Shown piece by piece: positions 36,379-44,795 of a DNA stretch of 64,000 nt (within the stretch, counting starts at the first letter, position 1; the number at the start of each line of letters is the position of its first letter). The DNA is taken from positions 5,588-69,587 of the forward strand of contig CAZYNT010000004.1 in assembly GCA_964648205.1 (NCBI GenBank), written 5' to 3'. This DNA comes from an uncultured Gammaproteobacteria bacterium (GTDB lineage: Bacteria > Patescibacteriota > Patescibacteriia > Patescibacteriales > UBA12465). The position numbers were made by a program, and so were the translations under genes. The notes beneath the pieces were generated by a model. It was not told where the DNA came from. It saw nothing but the letters and a program-made list of their open reading frames with translations, and did not search any database.

Positions 36379-38859
36379 TTATTTATCTTTAGTTAAAATA
36401 ATGCGCGCGCGGCGGCTTATCTCCGCTTCCACCAGACGAGCGTTCTGTCCATATTTCAAGCGGCTCAAGGCTCTAATCTTATCGGCCATGCCAGGCCTCT
36501 TAACGCCTAAAATCGGCCAGGTAGTAGCCAAAGAAAAGGGACGGCTCGCGCTATTGTCAATTAAAAGCTTAATACAGGCCATACCTTTGTCAACATTAAT
36601 CAAGTCATATTGATTAAAAGCGGGGGCAAATTCCTTAACTAAAAATTCGGCGTCTTCGGAGCCGACTTTAAAGCTGATCATCGTTCCGACGTTACCGAAG
36701 ACCGCATCTTTTATTTCATTGTTATTATTTTTGCTCAATTGTCCGATGTATTGGTGAGCGACGATTAAATCAAGAGCATATTTGCGGGCTTCGGACAAAA
36801 TCTGGCAAATTGAAGAGGTAGTAAAATTTTGAAACTCATCAATATATAAATAAAAGTCTTTGCGCTGTTCCGGCGGCATATCGGTGCGCGATAAAGCCGA
36901 CATTAAAATTTTACCGACCAGAATCATACCCAAAAGATAAGCATTGGTTTCACCAATTAAACCTTTGGGCAAATCTACCAGCAGTATTTTCTGCTTATCC
37001 ATGACTTCCCGCAAATTGAATGCGCTTTTTTGCTGGCCGATAATCGGCCGCATCATATCATTGGAAATAAACGGCGTTAATTTAGAAGTAATATAGGGCA
37101 CGATATTAGCCAGCGCCGCTTCCCCGCCCGCTTTCTCCGCTTCTTTGCGCCAAAAATCAACTACGGTTTGGTTCTTGCATTGGTTTAATTTATAACGCCT
37201 GAATTCTTCATCGGCCAAAACTTTAGGAATTTCCATCAGCGTCGAGCCCGACTCCGCATCATCCATAATCAAAAGCATAGCATTGCGCATATACTGCTCG
37301 AACATCGGACCGCCCGTCGCTTTCAGATCGTAAAGCTTATCAAGGATACCGATCATTTCGTTGATCACAAAACTCTTCTGTTCGGGATAGCGCGGATCAA
37401 ATTCTAATAAGTTCAAGGCGAGCGGCCTTTCAACATCGCCGGGTGAAAAAATAATCACATCCTCAGCTCTCTCCGGCGGAATTCTCTCTAAAATATCGGT
37501 AATCAAGTCGCCGTTGGGATCAAAGACGCAGACGCCTTCCCCGTTTTGAATATCTTGAATGGCCATATTAGCCAGAAGAACTGATTTACCGACGCCGGAT
37601 TTACCGATTATATAGGTGTGGCGGCGGCGATCTTGGCGCTTGATGCGGATTTCTTTCTTTACGCCTCGATAAATATTTTCCCCTAAGGTTATGCCCTCAG
37701 CGGGTATGTTCGCCGGCGCGGGAGAAATCTTAGAAGTAAGCCACAAGATATTTGGCGTCTCGGTTGATTTTAAGGGAAAATGGAAAATGCTGGCCAATTC
37801 TTCGCTGTTCAGCAAAAAAGCGCCGTGTTCTTGAAAATGGCGATAAATAAAATCTTGGACTATTTTTCCTGGGGCGCTTTTTTGGGCCCGGGAAAAATTA
37901 TTGCCATAACTAAAATTATTATATTCGCCGAAAGTGGAGGCGACGTTTTCTAAATAACGGTTCGCCTCTTCCCTAGTCTTCGCACTGGCCACGATTCGGA
38001 TATTAACATCCAATCCGGTTTTCAGATTCTTTTCTTCAATTGTTTTCACCATCTCTTCTTCAATTGCTGATAATTTTTTTGGCGCCTCCGGGATGCTGCT
38101 ATTCTTCTTATGGCCGCTGCCGCCAAAAATGTCGCCGATTAAAGCGCCGGGACCGCCCGATTTTACGCCGGCCGAAACAGAATTTTTTTGATGAATTTTC
38201 CCAACGACCTGGCGCACTTTTTTATGCCAAGCGCTACGGGCGCTCCGCACTAAATACTGGATAACCAAACTTTCATCTTTACCTAATTTAGACAAGGTAT
38301 TGATTAAGGAATTAAGAGGATCAACCTCCATCTTTTGATAAGTCTTGATGGGAAAAAGAAAGCTCTTGGTGGTTTTAAGATAAGCGGCGGATATCTGGCC
38401 GTTCATGCTGAAAGGATTATAATCCTCAACCTCGTCAATAATCGCCTCCGGATAATAAGCCTGGATTTGCTGTTCGATATAGCGAACTTGCTCATGCGGC
38501 GCGACCACATAAAAAGCGATTTTATTATGGCTCGCGACAATCTCGAAAGAAAAATGATCATGGCGCCCGGACAGCCAAGCCTTAAAGCCTCTTTCGGCTT
38601 TCAGCCCGCCAATCGCCGCAAAAATCGTTTCCCCTTTCGCGATTTCTTCTCTGAGCTGTTGGACGCTCGTTTCCTTCTTATCGTCTTCCGGCTTTTCCTT
38701 GGGCAAACGGACCAAAAAAACTTGATGGGGAAAATAATGGCGCCGCGATAAGAACCAACGCAAAATCTGCAATAGGGCTATAAAAAAAACAATCAGCGCC
38801 GCTACTCCGATCATTATCTCCAAAAAACCAGCCGCATTTAACGAGTTTGTTCCCGTCAT
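36379..38859 (-). CDS. Membrane-anchored P-loop NTPase, TraD/VirD4 (type IV coupling protein)-like, HerA/FtsK superfamily
   Basis: N-terminal TM helix. Walker A IIGKSGVGKS, Walker B FYLYIDEFQNF, downstream VAHQYIGQL. 826 aa. Confidence 0.6.
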   Translation of the reverse strand: MTGTNSLNAAGFLEIMIGVAALIVFFIALLQILRWFLSRRHYFPHQVFLVRLPKEKPEDDKKETSVQQLREEIAKGETIFAAIGGLKAERGFKAWLSGRHDHFSFEIVASHNKIAFYVVAPHEQVRYIEQQIQAYYPEAIIDEVEDYNPFSMNGQISAAYLKTTKSFLFPIKTYQKMEVDPLNSLINTLSKLGKDESLVIQYLVRSARSAWHKKVRQVVGKIHQKNSVSAGVKSGGPGALIGDIFGGSGHKKNSSIPEAPKKLSAIEEEMVKTIEEKNLKTGLDVNIRIVASAKTREEANRYLENVASTFGEYNNFSYGNNFSRAQKSAPGKIVQDFIYRHFQEHGAFLLNSEELASIFHFPLKSTETPNILWLTSKISPAPANIPAEGITLGENIYRGVKKEIRIKRQDRRRHTYIIGKSGVGKSVLLANMAIQDIQNGEGVCVFDPNGDLITDILERIPPERAEDVIIFSPGDVERPLALNLLEFDPRYPEQKSFVINEMIGILDKLYDLKATGGPMFEQYMRNAMLLIMDDAESGSTLMEIPKVLADEEFRRYKLNQCKNQTVVDFWRKEAEKAGGEAALANIVPYITSKLTPFISNDMMRPIIGQQKSAFNLREVMDKQKILLVDLPKGLIGETNAYLLGMILVGKILMSALSRTDMPPEQRKDFYLYIDEFQNFTTSSICQILSEARKYALDLIVAHQYIGQLSKNNNNEIKDAVFGNVGTMISFKVGSEDAEFLVKEFAPAFNQYDLINVDKGMACIKLLIDNSASRPFSLATTWPILGVKRPGMADKIRALSRLKYGQNARLVEAEISRRARIILTKDK

Positions 38860-38861
38860 AT

Positions 38862-39344
38862 TTAAAATTTATTTTTTATTCTCATTATTTTATCCGCCTT
38901 TATTTTAACTTCTTGCTCCAAAAAAAACTTATTTACTCCCGGAATAAGCTTAAGCCATTTTCTGATCAGGTCGACTATCTTATTAACTTTAACCTTAGTT
39001 TCCATAAGAAGCTTGCTTATTTTCACAACTGTTTCCTCGCCCGTTTTCTTAAAGACTGCCTGCTCAGCCGGATTCATCTTCAAAAAAACCTCATTCAGGC
39101 CTTCGGATAAGATGCTATCAATGGCGGCCGCTTGCTGTTTTTGCCAATCTTGCACCCGAGAAACCGCGACAATATTGCCCTCTCCTTTTTTTTCGACGGG
39201 CTGAGAGATTATTTCTTTTATCTGCTCCGTCGGCGGCAAAATTTTTTCCGCCTTATTTTCTGAATTAGGCAGCTGCTCGATTTTAATGGGGGTGACTTTG
39301 GGCGATTCGATAATCGGCTTTTCAGCAATTATTTCTCCGGCCAT
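38862..39344 (-). CDS. Small protein of unknown function, translationally adjacent to the ATPase
   Basis: 160-aa ORF with a Pro/Glu/Lys-rich N-half and a helical C-half. Its stop lies 2 nt before the ATPase ATG. Confidence 0.5.
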   Translation of the reverse strand: MAGEIIAEKPIIESPKVTPIKIEQLPNSENKAEKILPPTEQIKEIISQPVEKKGEGNIVAVSRVQDWQKQQAAAIDSILSEGLNEVFLKMNPAEQAVFKKTGEETVVKISKLLMETKVKVNKIVDLIRKWLKLIPGVNKFFLEQEVKIKADKIMRIKNKF

Positions 39345-39358
39345 ATTTATTGATTAGA

Positions 39359-39532
39359 TTAATTAACGATGATAGCTTCCACCGGGCAATTCGCGGCCGC
39401 ATTTTTTGCACAATCGGTCACTTCAGGCTTTATAACCTCTGCCTTGCCGCTAGCGCCCATTACGAATGTTTCCGGGCATAAACCGGCGCACATGCCGCAA
39501 CCGATACATTTTTCTTGATTGACTTTTACCAT
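39359..39532 (-). CDS. Small ferredoxin (57 aa), not in the ORF track
   Basis: Minus-strand ATG at 39532 to TAA at 39361-39359. Translates to MVKVNQEKCIGCGMCAGLCPETFVMGASGKAEVIKPEVTDCAKNAAANCPVEAIIVN, with the CxxCxxC...CP cluster motif plus a distal C...CP. Confidence 0.75.
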   Translation of the reverse strand: MVKVNQEKCIGCGMCAGLCPETFVMGASGKAEVIKPEVTDCAKNAAANCPVEAIIVN

Positions 39533-39571
39533 ATTTTTTTTATTAATTTTTTAGCTTATTTTTATGCTTCT

Positions 39572-39606
39572 ATTATAGCATGTTTTATAAAAATTAAAAC
39601 CTTGGT
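39572..39606 (-). promoter_or_regulatory. Extended -10 promoter of the ferredoxin-led operon
   Basis: Minus strand TGcTATAAT (-10 at 39577-39572). Weak -35 (TTTAAT-like). Confidence 0.4.
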
Positions 39607-39629
39607 CATAATCCTAAAATTAGCCATAT

Positions 39630-39658
39630 TTGACAATTCCCGACTCATTTGTTATATT
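39630..39658 (+). promoter_or_regulatory. Promoter of rpmA
   Basis: TTGACA (39630-39635), 17 nt, TATATT (39653-39658). Confidence 0.55.
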
Positions 39659-39687
39659 AATACAATAAAACTTAATTAATCTTTGAG

Positions 39688-39712
39688 ATGCTAGTCTCCT
39701 GGCTAGCATTTT
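39688..39712 (+). promoter_or_regulatory. Terminator-like leader hairpin upstream of rpmA
   Basis: ATGCTAG-TCTCCTGG-CTAGCAT stem-loop followed by TTTT, within the roughly 65-nt 5' UTR. Confidence 0.35.
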
Positions 39713-39729
39713 CAGTGTAGAACATCCAT

Positions 39730-40074
39730 ATGGCACATAAGAAAGCCGCCGGGTCAACCTCATTAGGCCGCGAGTCAGAAAGTAAGCGTTTAGGCGTTAA
39801 ACTGACAGATGGCGAATGGGCTAAAACTGGCGCCATTATTATTAGACAACGCGGCACTAAATATCACCCCGGCCTTAATGTTGGGATTGGCGGCGATGAT
39901 ACTTTATTTGCTCTTAAGGGCGGTTTTGTAAAATTTACTACCAAAAAACTAAGAAAATTCAACAATACTCTTAAAACTTCCAAAATTGTAAACGTTATTC
40001 CTTTGAACGCCGCTAAAAAAGAAACGGCTAAAAAACCGACGAAAACTCCAGTAAAAAAAACCACTAAAAAATAA
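39730..40074 (+). CDS. rpmA: 50S ribosomal protein L27 with a Lys-rich C-terminal extension
   Basis: [24 protein letters not shown]...[26 protein letters not shown] is canonical L27. About 30 extra C-terminal residues ([21 protein letters not shown]). Confidence 0.9.
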   Translation: MAHKKAAGSTSLGRESESKRLGVKLTDGEWAKTGAIIIRQRGTKYHPGLNVGIGGDDTLFALKGGFVKFTTKKLRKFNNTLKTSKIVNVIPLNAAKKETAKKPTKTPVKKTTKK

Positions 40075-40085
40075 AATCACTCACA

Positions 40086-40114
40086 TAAAAACAGGCTATC
40101 AGCCTGTTTTTTTG
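40086..40114. terminator. Bidirectional intrinsic terminator (rpmA and pyrG)
   Basis: A-run, ACAGGCT-ATC-AGCCTGT stem, T7. Confidence 0.7.
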
Positions 40115-40133
40115 TTTTTTATATACTGGAAAC

Positions 40134-41813
40134 TTATTTTTTATCCTTACAAACCTTAATGAACTCGACAAACAAAGGATGGGGAGAAAGCGGGCGAGAG
40201 ATATACTCGGGGTGGAATTGAACGCCGATAAAAAACGGGTGGTTAGAAATCTCGATTGCTTCCACGATTTTTCCGTCCGGCGAAGTCCCTGCGACTGTCA
40301 GCCCTAAATTATCAAACATTTCCCGATAATCATTGTTAAATTCGTAACGATGGCGGTGGCGCTCGGAAACAATTTTATTGGCGCTAAACCGCGCGTAGGC
40401 TTTGGCCAAACGAGTTCCCGGCTTCAACTTACACGGCCAGCCGCCCAGGCGGATCGTCCCGCCATAGCCTTTTTCTTTAATCAGTTTTTCTTGGCCGGGC
40501 ATGATATGGATAACAGGATTTTTTGTTTTTTGGTCGCATTCAGCGGAATTAGCGTCTTTTAAATTAGCGACATCGCGCGCGAATTCTATCACGGCCATTT
40601 GCATGCCGTAGCAAAGACCGAAGTAAGGAACCTTATTTTCACGACAATATTTAATCGTTTTTATTTTTCCTTCAGATCCGCGTCCGCCCCAGCCTTGAGG
40701 AACGATAATGCCGTCCATATTTTTCAAGATTTTAACGCCGTCCTTCTCCACTTCTTCGGCCCCAAGCCAATGAATCTTCGCCTTGCAATGATTATAAGCT
40801 GAAGCATGCTTAATCGCCTCGATTACGGAAATATAGGAGTCTCCGAGAGAAAAATCGCCGCTCGCAAAATATTTGCCAACAATACCGATATTAATTTCCG
40901 GAGCCTTAACTTTCGAGGCCGCCACCATTTTCCGCCAAGCATGGTTGTTATTCCTGCGCCCCAGCGGCAAGCCGAATTTTTCCAAAATTCGATCGCCGAA
41001 ATTATCTTTTTCAAAATTCAGAGGAATGTCATAAATCGATTCAATGTCCGGAGCTGAGATTACGTTTTCCATCGGCACGCCGCAATTGACGGATAATTTT
41101 TCCTTGCGGTGCATATCAAGCGGCTTTTCACTCCGGCCGATGACGAAATCCGGCTGGATCCCAGCGCTCTGCAGATTGCGAATCGCATGCTGCGTCGGTT
41201 TAGTTTTCATCTCGCCAATCTTATTTGGAATCGGCAGATAAGAAACAATCACGAACAGGACATCTTTAGGGTGATATAGCTTCATGACCCGAGCCGCTTC
41301 CAAAAAAATCAAATTTTCATATTCGCCGACTGTGCCGCCGATTTCAATCGTAATAATTTCTGCTTTAGTTTTATCAACCGCCCGCTCGATTCGATCTCTT
41401 ATTTCCTGAGGAATATGAGGCACGACCTGGACGCATTTCCCCTTATATTCTAAATTGCGTTCCTTATTAATAACCGTCTGATAAATCCGGCCGGTTGTCA
41501 TGTAATTTTCCCGATAAATGTTCTTATTTAAAAATCTTTCGTAATTGCCGATATCCTGATCAGTTTCGTCACCGTCTTCAGTCACAAAAACCTCACCATG
41601 CTCTATCGGATTCATCGTGCCGGCGTCAACGTTAATATAAGGATCCATTTTAATGGCGCTCACATTATAGCCGCGCGCTTGGAGAATTTGGCCGATAGAG
41701 GCGGTGGTCACACCCTTGCCGACTCCAGACATTACTCCGCCAACAACAAAGATATACTTGGTTGATTCTTTTTCTTTTTTAACTTTTTTTACTGTTTTTT
41801 TAGCCAAAGACAT
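40134..41813 (-). CDS. pyrG: CTP synthase
   Basis: KYIFVVGGVMSGVGKG at the N-terminus and a glutamine amidotransferase domain (GLCYGMQ, HRHRYE). The track start at 41825 is TTG; the first ATG is at 41813. Confidence 0.95.
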   Translation of the reverse strand: MSLAKKTVKKVKKEKESTKYIFVVGGVMSGVGKGVTTASIGQILQARGYNVSAIKMDPYINVDAGTMNPIEHGEVFVTEDGDETDQDIGNYERFLNKNIYRENYMTTGRIYQTVINKERNLEYKGKCVQVVPHIPQEIRDRIERAVDKTKAEIITIEIGGTVGEYENLIFLEAARVMKLYHPKDVLFVIVSYLPIPNKIGEMKTKPTQHAIRNLQSAGIQPDFVIGRSEKPLDMHRKEKLSVNCGVPMENVISAPDIESIYDIPLNFEKDNFGDRILEKFGLPLGRRNNNHAWRKMVAASKVKAPEINIGIVGKYFASGDFSLGDSYISVIEAIKHASAYNHCKAKIHWLGAEEVEKDGVKILKNMDGIIVPQGWGGRGSEGKIKTIKYCRENKVPYFGLCYGMQMAVIEFARDVANLKDANSAECDQKTKNPVIHIMPGQEKLIKEKGYGGTIRLGGWPCKLKPGTRLAKAYARFSANKIVSERHRHRYEFNNDYREMFDNLGLTVAGTSPDGKIVEAIEISNHPFFIGVQFHPEYISRPLSPHPLFVEFIKVCKDKK

Positions 41814-41901
41814 ATTGCTTGACAATTAAATATTATTATGATATAAAATCAATATCAAAAAATTTAAACCTAATATTAACATTAAAAACGGGAGGAAAAA
41901 C

Positions 41902-42237
41902 ATGGAGAAACTTTTTCTGGTCACATCAGTAAATGGCAATGGAGAAAGCTTTTTACTGATATTATTCAACGCAGCCACCGGTGCTTGCCAAAAATACTTT
42001 AAGGCAAGATCGCTCGAAAAAATGGCAAAACACTTGGGAGAAAATCACCTGGGAAGTGTGCAAGATCGCTCCATCGTAAGCGACGTAATTCCTTGCGCGG
42101 ATTGCGCGAAAAAAGAACAATGCACACAGAAGAATCACTTTGATCTTCTTCCCCCTGCGGTTGTGGAAGAAATCCACAATCAGGCAGAAAATGAAGGCCG
42201 GGACGACATCACCGCTTACTTAAATGAAGATGAATAA
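41902..42237 (+). CDS. Small acidic cytoplasmic protein of unknown function
   Basis: 111-aa ORF with strong SD GGGAGG 6 nt upstream and a downstream hairpin plus T8. Contains CADCAKKEQC. Confidence 0.5.
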   Translation: MEKLFLVTSVNGNGESFLLILFNAATGACQKYFKARSLEKMAKHLGENHLGSVQDRSIVSDVIPCADCAKKEQCTQKNHFDLLPPAVVEEIHNQAENEGRDDITAYLNEDE

Positions 42238-42287
42238 CAAATTCTTCAAGCAAGCGAAGGAGACACGCCGCAAGGAGTGTCTTTTTT

Positions 42288-43538
42288 TTATTTTTTAACT
42301 TGCCTTAAAAGCTCCAGGGCTTTATTCAACTGCGGATCAATATTTTTATCAATATCTTTTTGCGTCAACTCGACTTTAATATTCGGTGCGATTCCCTTAT
42401 CATTAATAAAATCACCCGCCGGTGTCATCCATTTAGCAACCGTCACTTTCAAGGCGGAGCCGTCGCTGAAATCTTTCAATGTCTGGACCGAACCTTTGCC
42501 ATATGTCTGCTCGCCGACTAAAGTTGCCTTCTTATAATCCCTTAAAGCGCCGGCCAAAATTTCCGAAGCCGAAGCGCTGCCGGTATTAACCAGGACTACT
42601 GTTGGAAATTTTTTTAAACGAGCCCGGCCGCTGGATGGATACTCGTTGCGTTTGTTGCCGCTGAATTGTTCGGATACGATCGGACCAGCCTCAACCCATT
42701 CCGAAGCTAAGGACACGGCCGTTTCCAAATATCCGCCCGGATTATTTCTTAAATCAAGCACTATCCCCTTAGGATTTTTAAGCAAAGCTTCATTCACGGC
42801 CGCATTGAACAGGCTTAAAGTATCATCATTAAAGTTAGTAACCTTTATTATATATATACCGTCTCTGCGCATTTCGGTTTTAACGCTTTTTATAAAAATA
42901 ACGTCGCGCGTAATTGAGATATCTTTCGGCTTCTCGTCCGCACCGCGTAAAATTGTTAATACTACCCTTGTTCCCTTCTGGCCGCGGATTTGCTTAACGG
43001 CCTGATCGACTGTCAGCCCAATCGTTGATTTGCCGTCAATCGCGTAAATTTTATCGCCCGCTCTTAGGCCCGCTTTCTGCGCCGGCGTGCCATCAAGGGG
43101 GGCGATTATGGTCACAATATCATTCCGCATGCCGACCTCGGCGCCGATTCCTTCAAAGGTGCCCGCTAAATCATCAGTAAATTCTTGCGATGTTTTTGGA
43201 TCCATAAATACAGTATAAGGATCATCAAGAGACGCGGCCAAACCTTTTAAGGAGCCATAAAAAAGCTCTTTGTCTTTAATTTTTATCTTATCAACATAAT
43301 CCTGCTTTAAAGAATCCCAAACCTGCCAATATAGGTTGAAGTCAAAATTTTCGTCCGAGCTGGTGGCGCTAGCCGCCAACTTAGCTTCTTTAGAATAAGC
43401 TAAAATCTTTGGATTGTTATCGGCCAGAACTGTATTTTCCCGACCCGCATAAAAACCGCCCCAAAAAGCGGCTAAAAGGGCGAATACCAAAACAAAACCG
43501 GGGATTATCTGCCTAACCTTATCTTTTGTTATTATCAT
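42288..43538 (-). CDS. S41 C-terminal processing peptidase (Ctp/Prc-like) with a PDZ domain
   Basis: N-terminal TM anchor, PDZ segment (GTPAQKAGLRAGDKIYAIDG) and S41 catalytic region (VLVNTGSASASEILAGAL, GKGSVQ). Confidence 0.85.
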   Translation of the reverse strand: MIITKDKVRQIIPGFVLVFALLAAFWGGFYAGRENTVLADNNPKILAYSKEAKLAASATSSDENFDFNLYWQVWDSLKQDYVDKIKIKDKELFYGSLKGLAASLDDPYTVFMDPKTSQEFTDDLAGTFEGIGAEVGMRNDIVTIIAPLDGTPAQKAGLRAGDKIYAIDGKSTIGLTVDQAVKQIRGQKGTRVVLTILRGADEKPKDISITRDVIFIKSVKTEMRRDGIYIIKVTNFNDDTLSLFNAAVNEALLKNPKGIVLDLRNNPGGYLETAVSLASEWVEAGPIVSEQFSGNKRNEYPSSGRARLKKFPTVVLVNTGSASASEILAGALRDYKKATLVGEQTYGKGSVQTLKDFSDGSALKVTVAKWMTPAGDFINDKGIAPNIKVELTQKDIDKNIDPQLNKALELLRQVKK

Positions 43539-43694
43539 ATTTATGTTATTTATTCTTCCATTTTAATTAAGAATTTATTTTTAAGCAAACAAGCCCTAGT
43601 CAATTGTTTTTTTTGGGTCTTTTTGCTATAGTATTATAACAAAAAAATAAAGAAAAGAAAATTTTATAATTCGCTGAACTTAAAAAGCAGATAA

Positions 43695-44795
43695 ATGAAA
43701 CGCATCAAATATACAAAGAAAAATTCTGAAACTATCATAAAGGAGGCCCTGTCTGTTCTAAAAAACGGGGGGATTTTTATTTTCCCCACCGAAACTTGCT
43801 ACGGAATAGGTGCGAGCGCTACCAGCCAGAAATCGATAAATAAATTGTTTCTATATAAAACCAGGCGCGAAGGCAAACCGCTTTCTATTGCCGTCAGCGA
43901 CAGGAAAATGGCGGCTAAATATGTTAATCTCAACGAAATTGCCGATAATCTCTACAAAAATTACTTGCCTGGCTCAATAACGGTCGTTTCTAAAGGACGA
44001 GGAAAAGTGGCGCAAGGCGTTGAATCTGAGTATGGCACTCTAGGCATTCGCATCCCAAACTATCAATTAGTTTTAGATATTATTCGTAAATTCGGCAAAC
44101 CGATTACGGCCACCTCGGCCAATGTATCATATATGCCGAAACCTTACAGCATAGACACCCTGCTCAGGGAAATGCCGAAAAAAAGCCTTGATTTAATCGA
44201 TCTTATAATCGACGCAGGCGAATTGCCGCATCGCGAAGTATCGACGGTTGTTGACACGACAATGAATAATCTAAACGTTATGCGCCGGGGGCGGATTAAC
44301 TTGACGAAACAGGTGGCAGGCCGGAAATCAATAATGTCGGCGCAAACAAACAGCGCCGAACAAACTTTAAAATTCGGCGGCATGAACATGCTTAAATATA
44401 TTGATGAGCCGCTCGATAAACCGCTGGTGTTTTTTTTGATGGGCGAACTTGGCACCGGCAAGACGCAATTTTCAAAAGGGCTGGCCGGCAATCTCGGCAT
44501 CAAAGAAATGGTCAAATCCCCCACTTTTACCATTCTCAATGAATATGAATATAAATTCGGCAAAAGAAAAGGAAAATTTGTCCATGTCGATACTTGGAGG
44601 ATAGAAAGCTTAAAAGATCTTGAGACTGTCGGCCTTGATAGTTATTTGGCGGCCGGAAATATCATCGCGATCGAATGGGCCGACAAATTTTTCGAAGATT
44701 TGAAGACTAAGATAAAGGCGTCCGGCGGAAAAATTATAAATGTCATCTTCGATTATCTGGGGGAAGAAACTAGAAACATTAAAACTTATGAGTAA
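43695..44795 (+). CDS. Fusion protein: TsaC/Sua5 (YrdC domain) plus TsaE (P-loop ATPase) of the t6A pathway
   Basis: N-half carries YrdC motifs (IFPTETCYGIGASA, KTRREGKPL, TATSANVS, STVVD). C-half carries TsaE motifs (LMGELGTGKTQFSKGLAGNLGI, SPTFTILNEY, HVDTWRI, IEWADKF). Confidence 0.75.
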   Translation: MKRIKYTKKNSETIIKEALSVLKNGGIFIFPTETCYGIGASATSQKSINKLFLYKTRREGKPLSIAVSDRKMAAKYVNLNEIADNLYKNYLPGSITVVSKGRGKVAQGVESEYGTLGIRIPNYQLVLDIIRKFGKPITATSANVSYMPKPYSIDTLLREMPKKSLDLIDLIIDAGELPHREVSTVVDTTMNNLNVMRRGRINLTKQVAGRKSIMSAQTNSAEQTLKFGGMNMLKYIDEPLDKPLVFFLMGELGTGKTQFSKGLAGNLGIKEMVKSPTFTILNEYEYKFGKRKGKFVHVDTWRIESLKDLETVGLDSYLAAGNIIAIEWADKFFEDLKTKIKASGGKIINVIFDYLGEETRNIKTYE

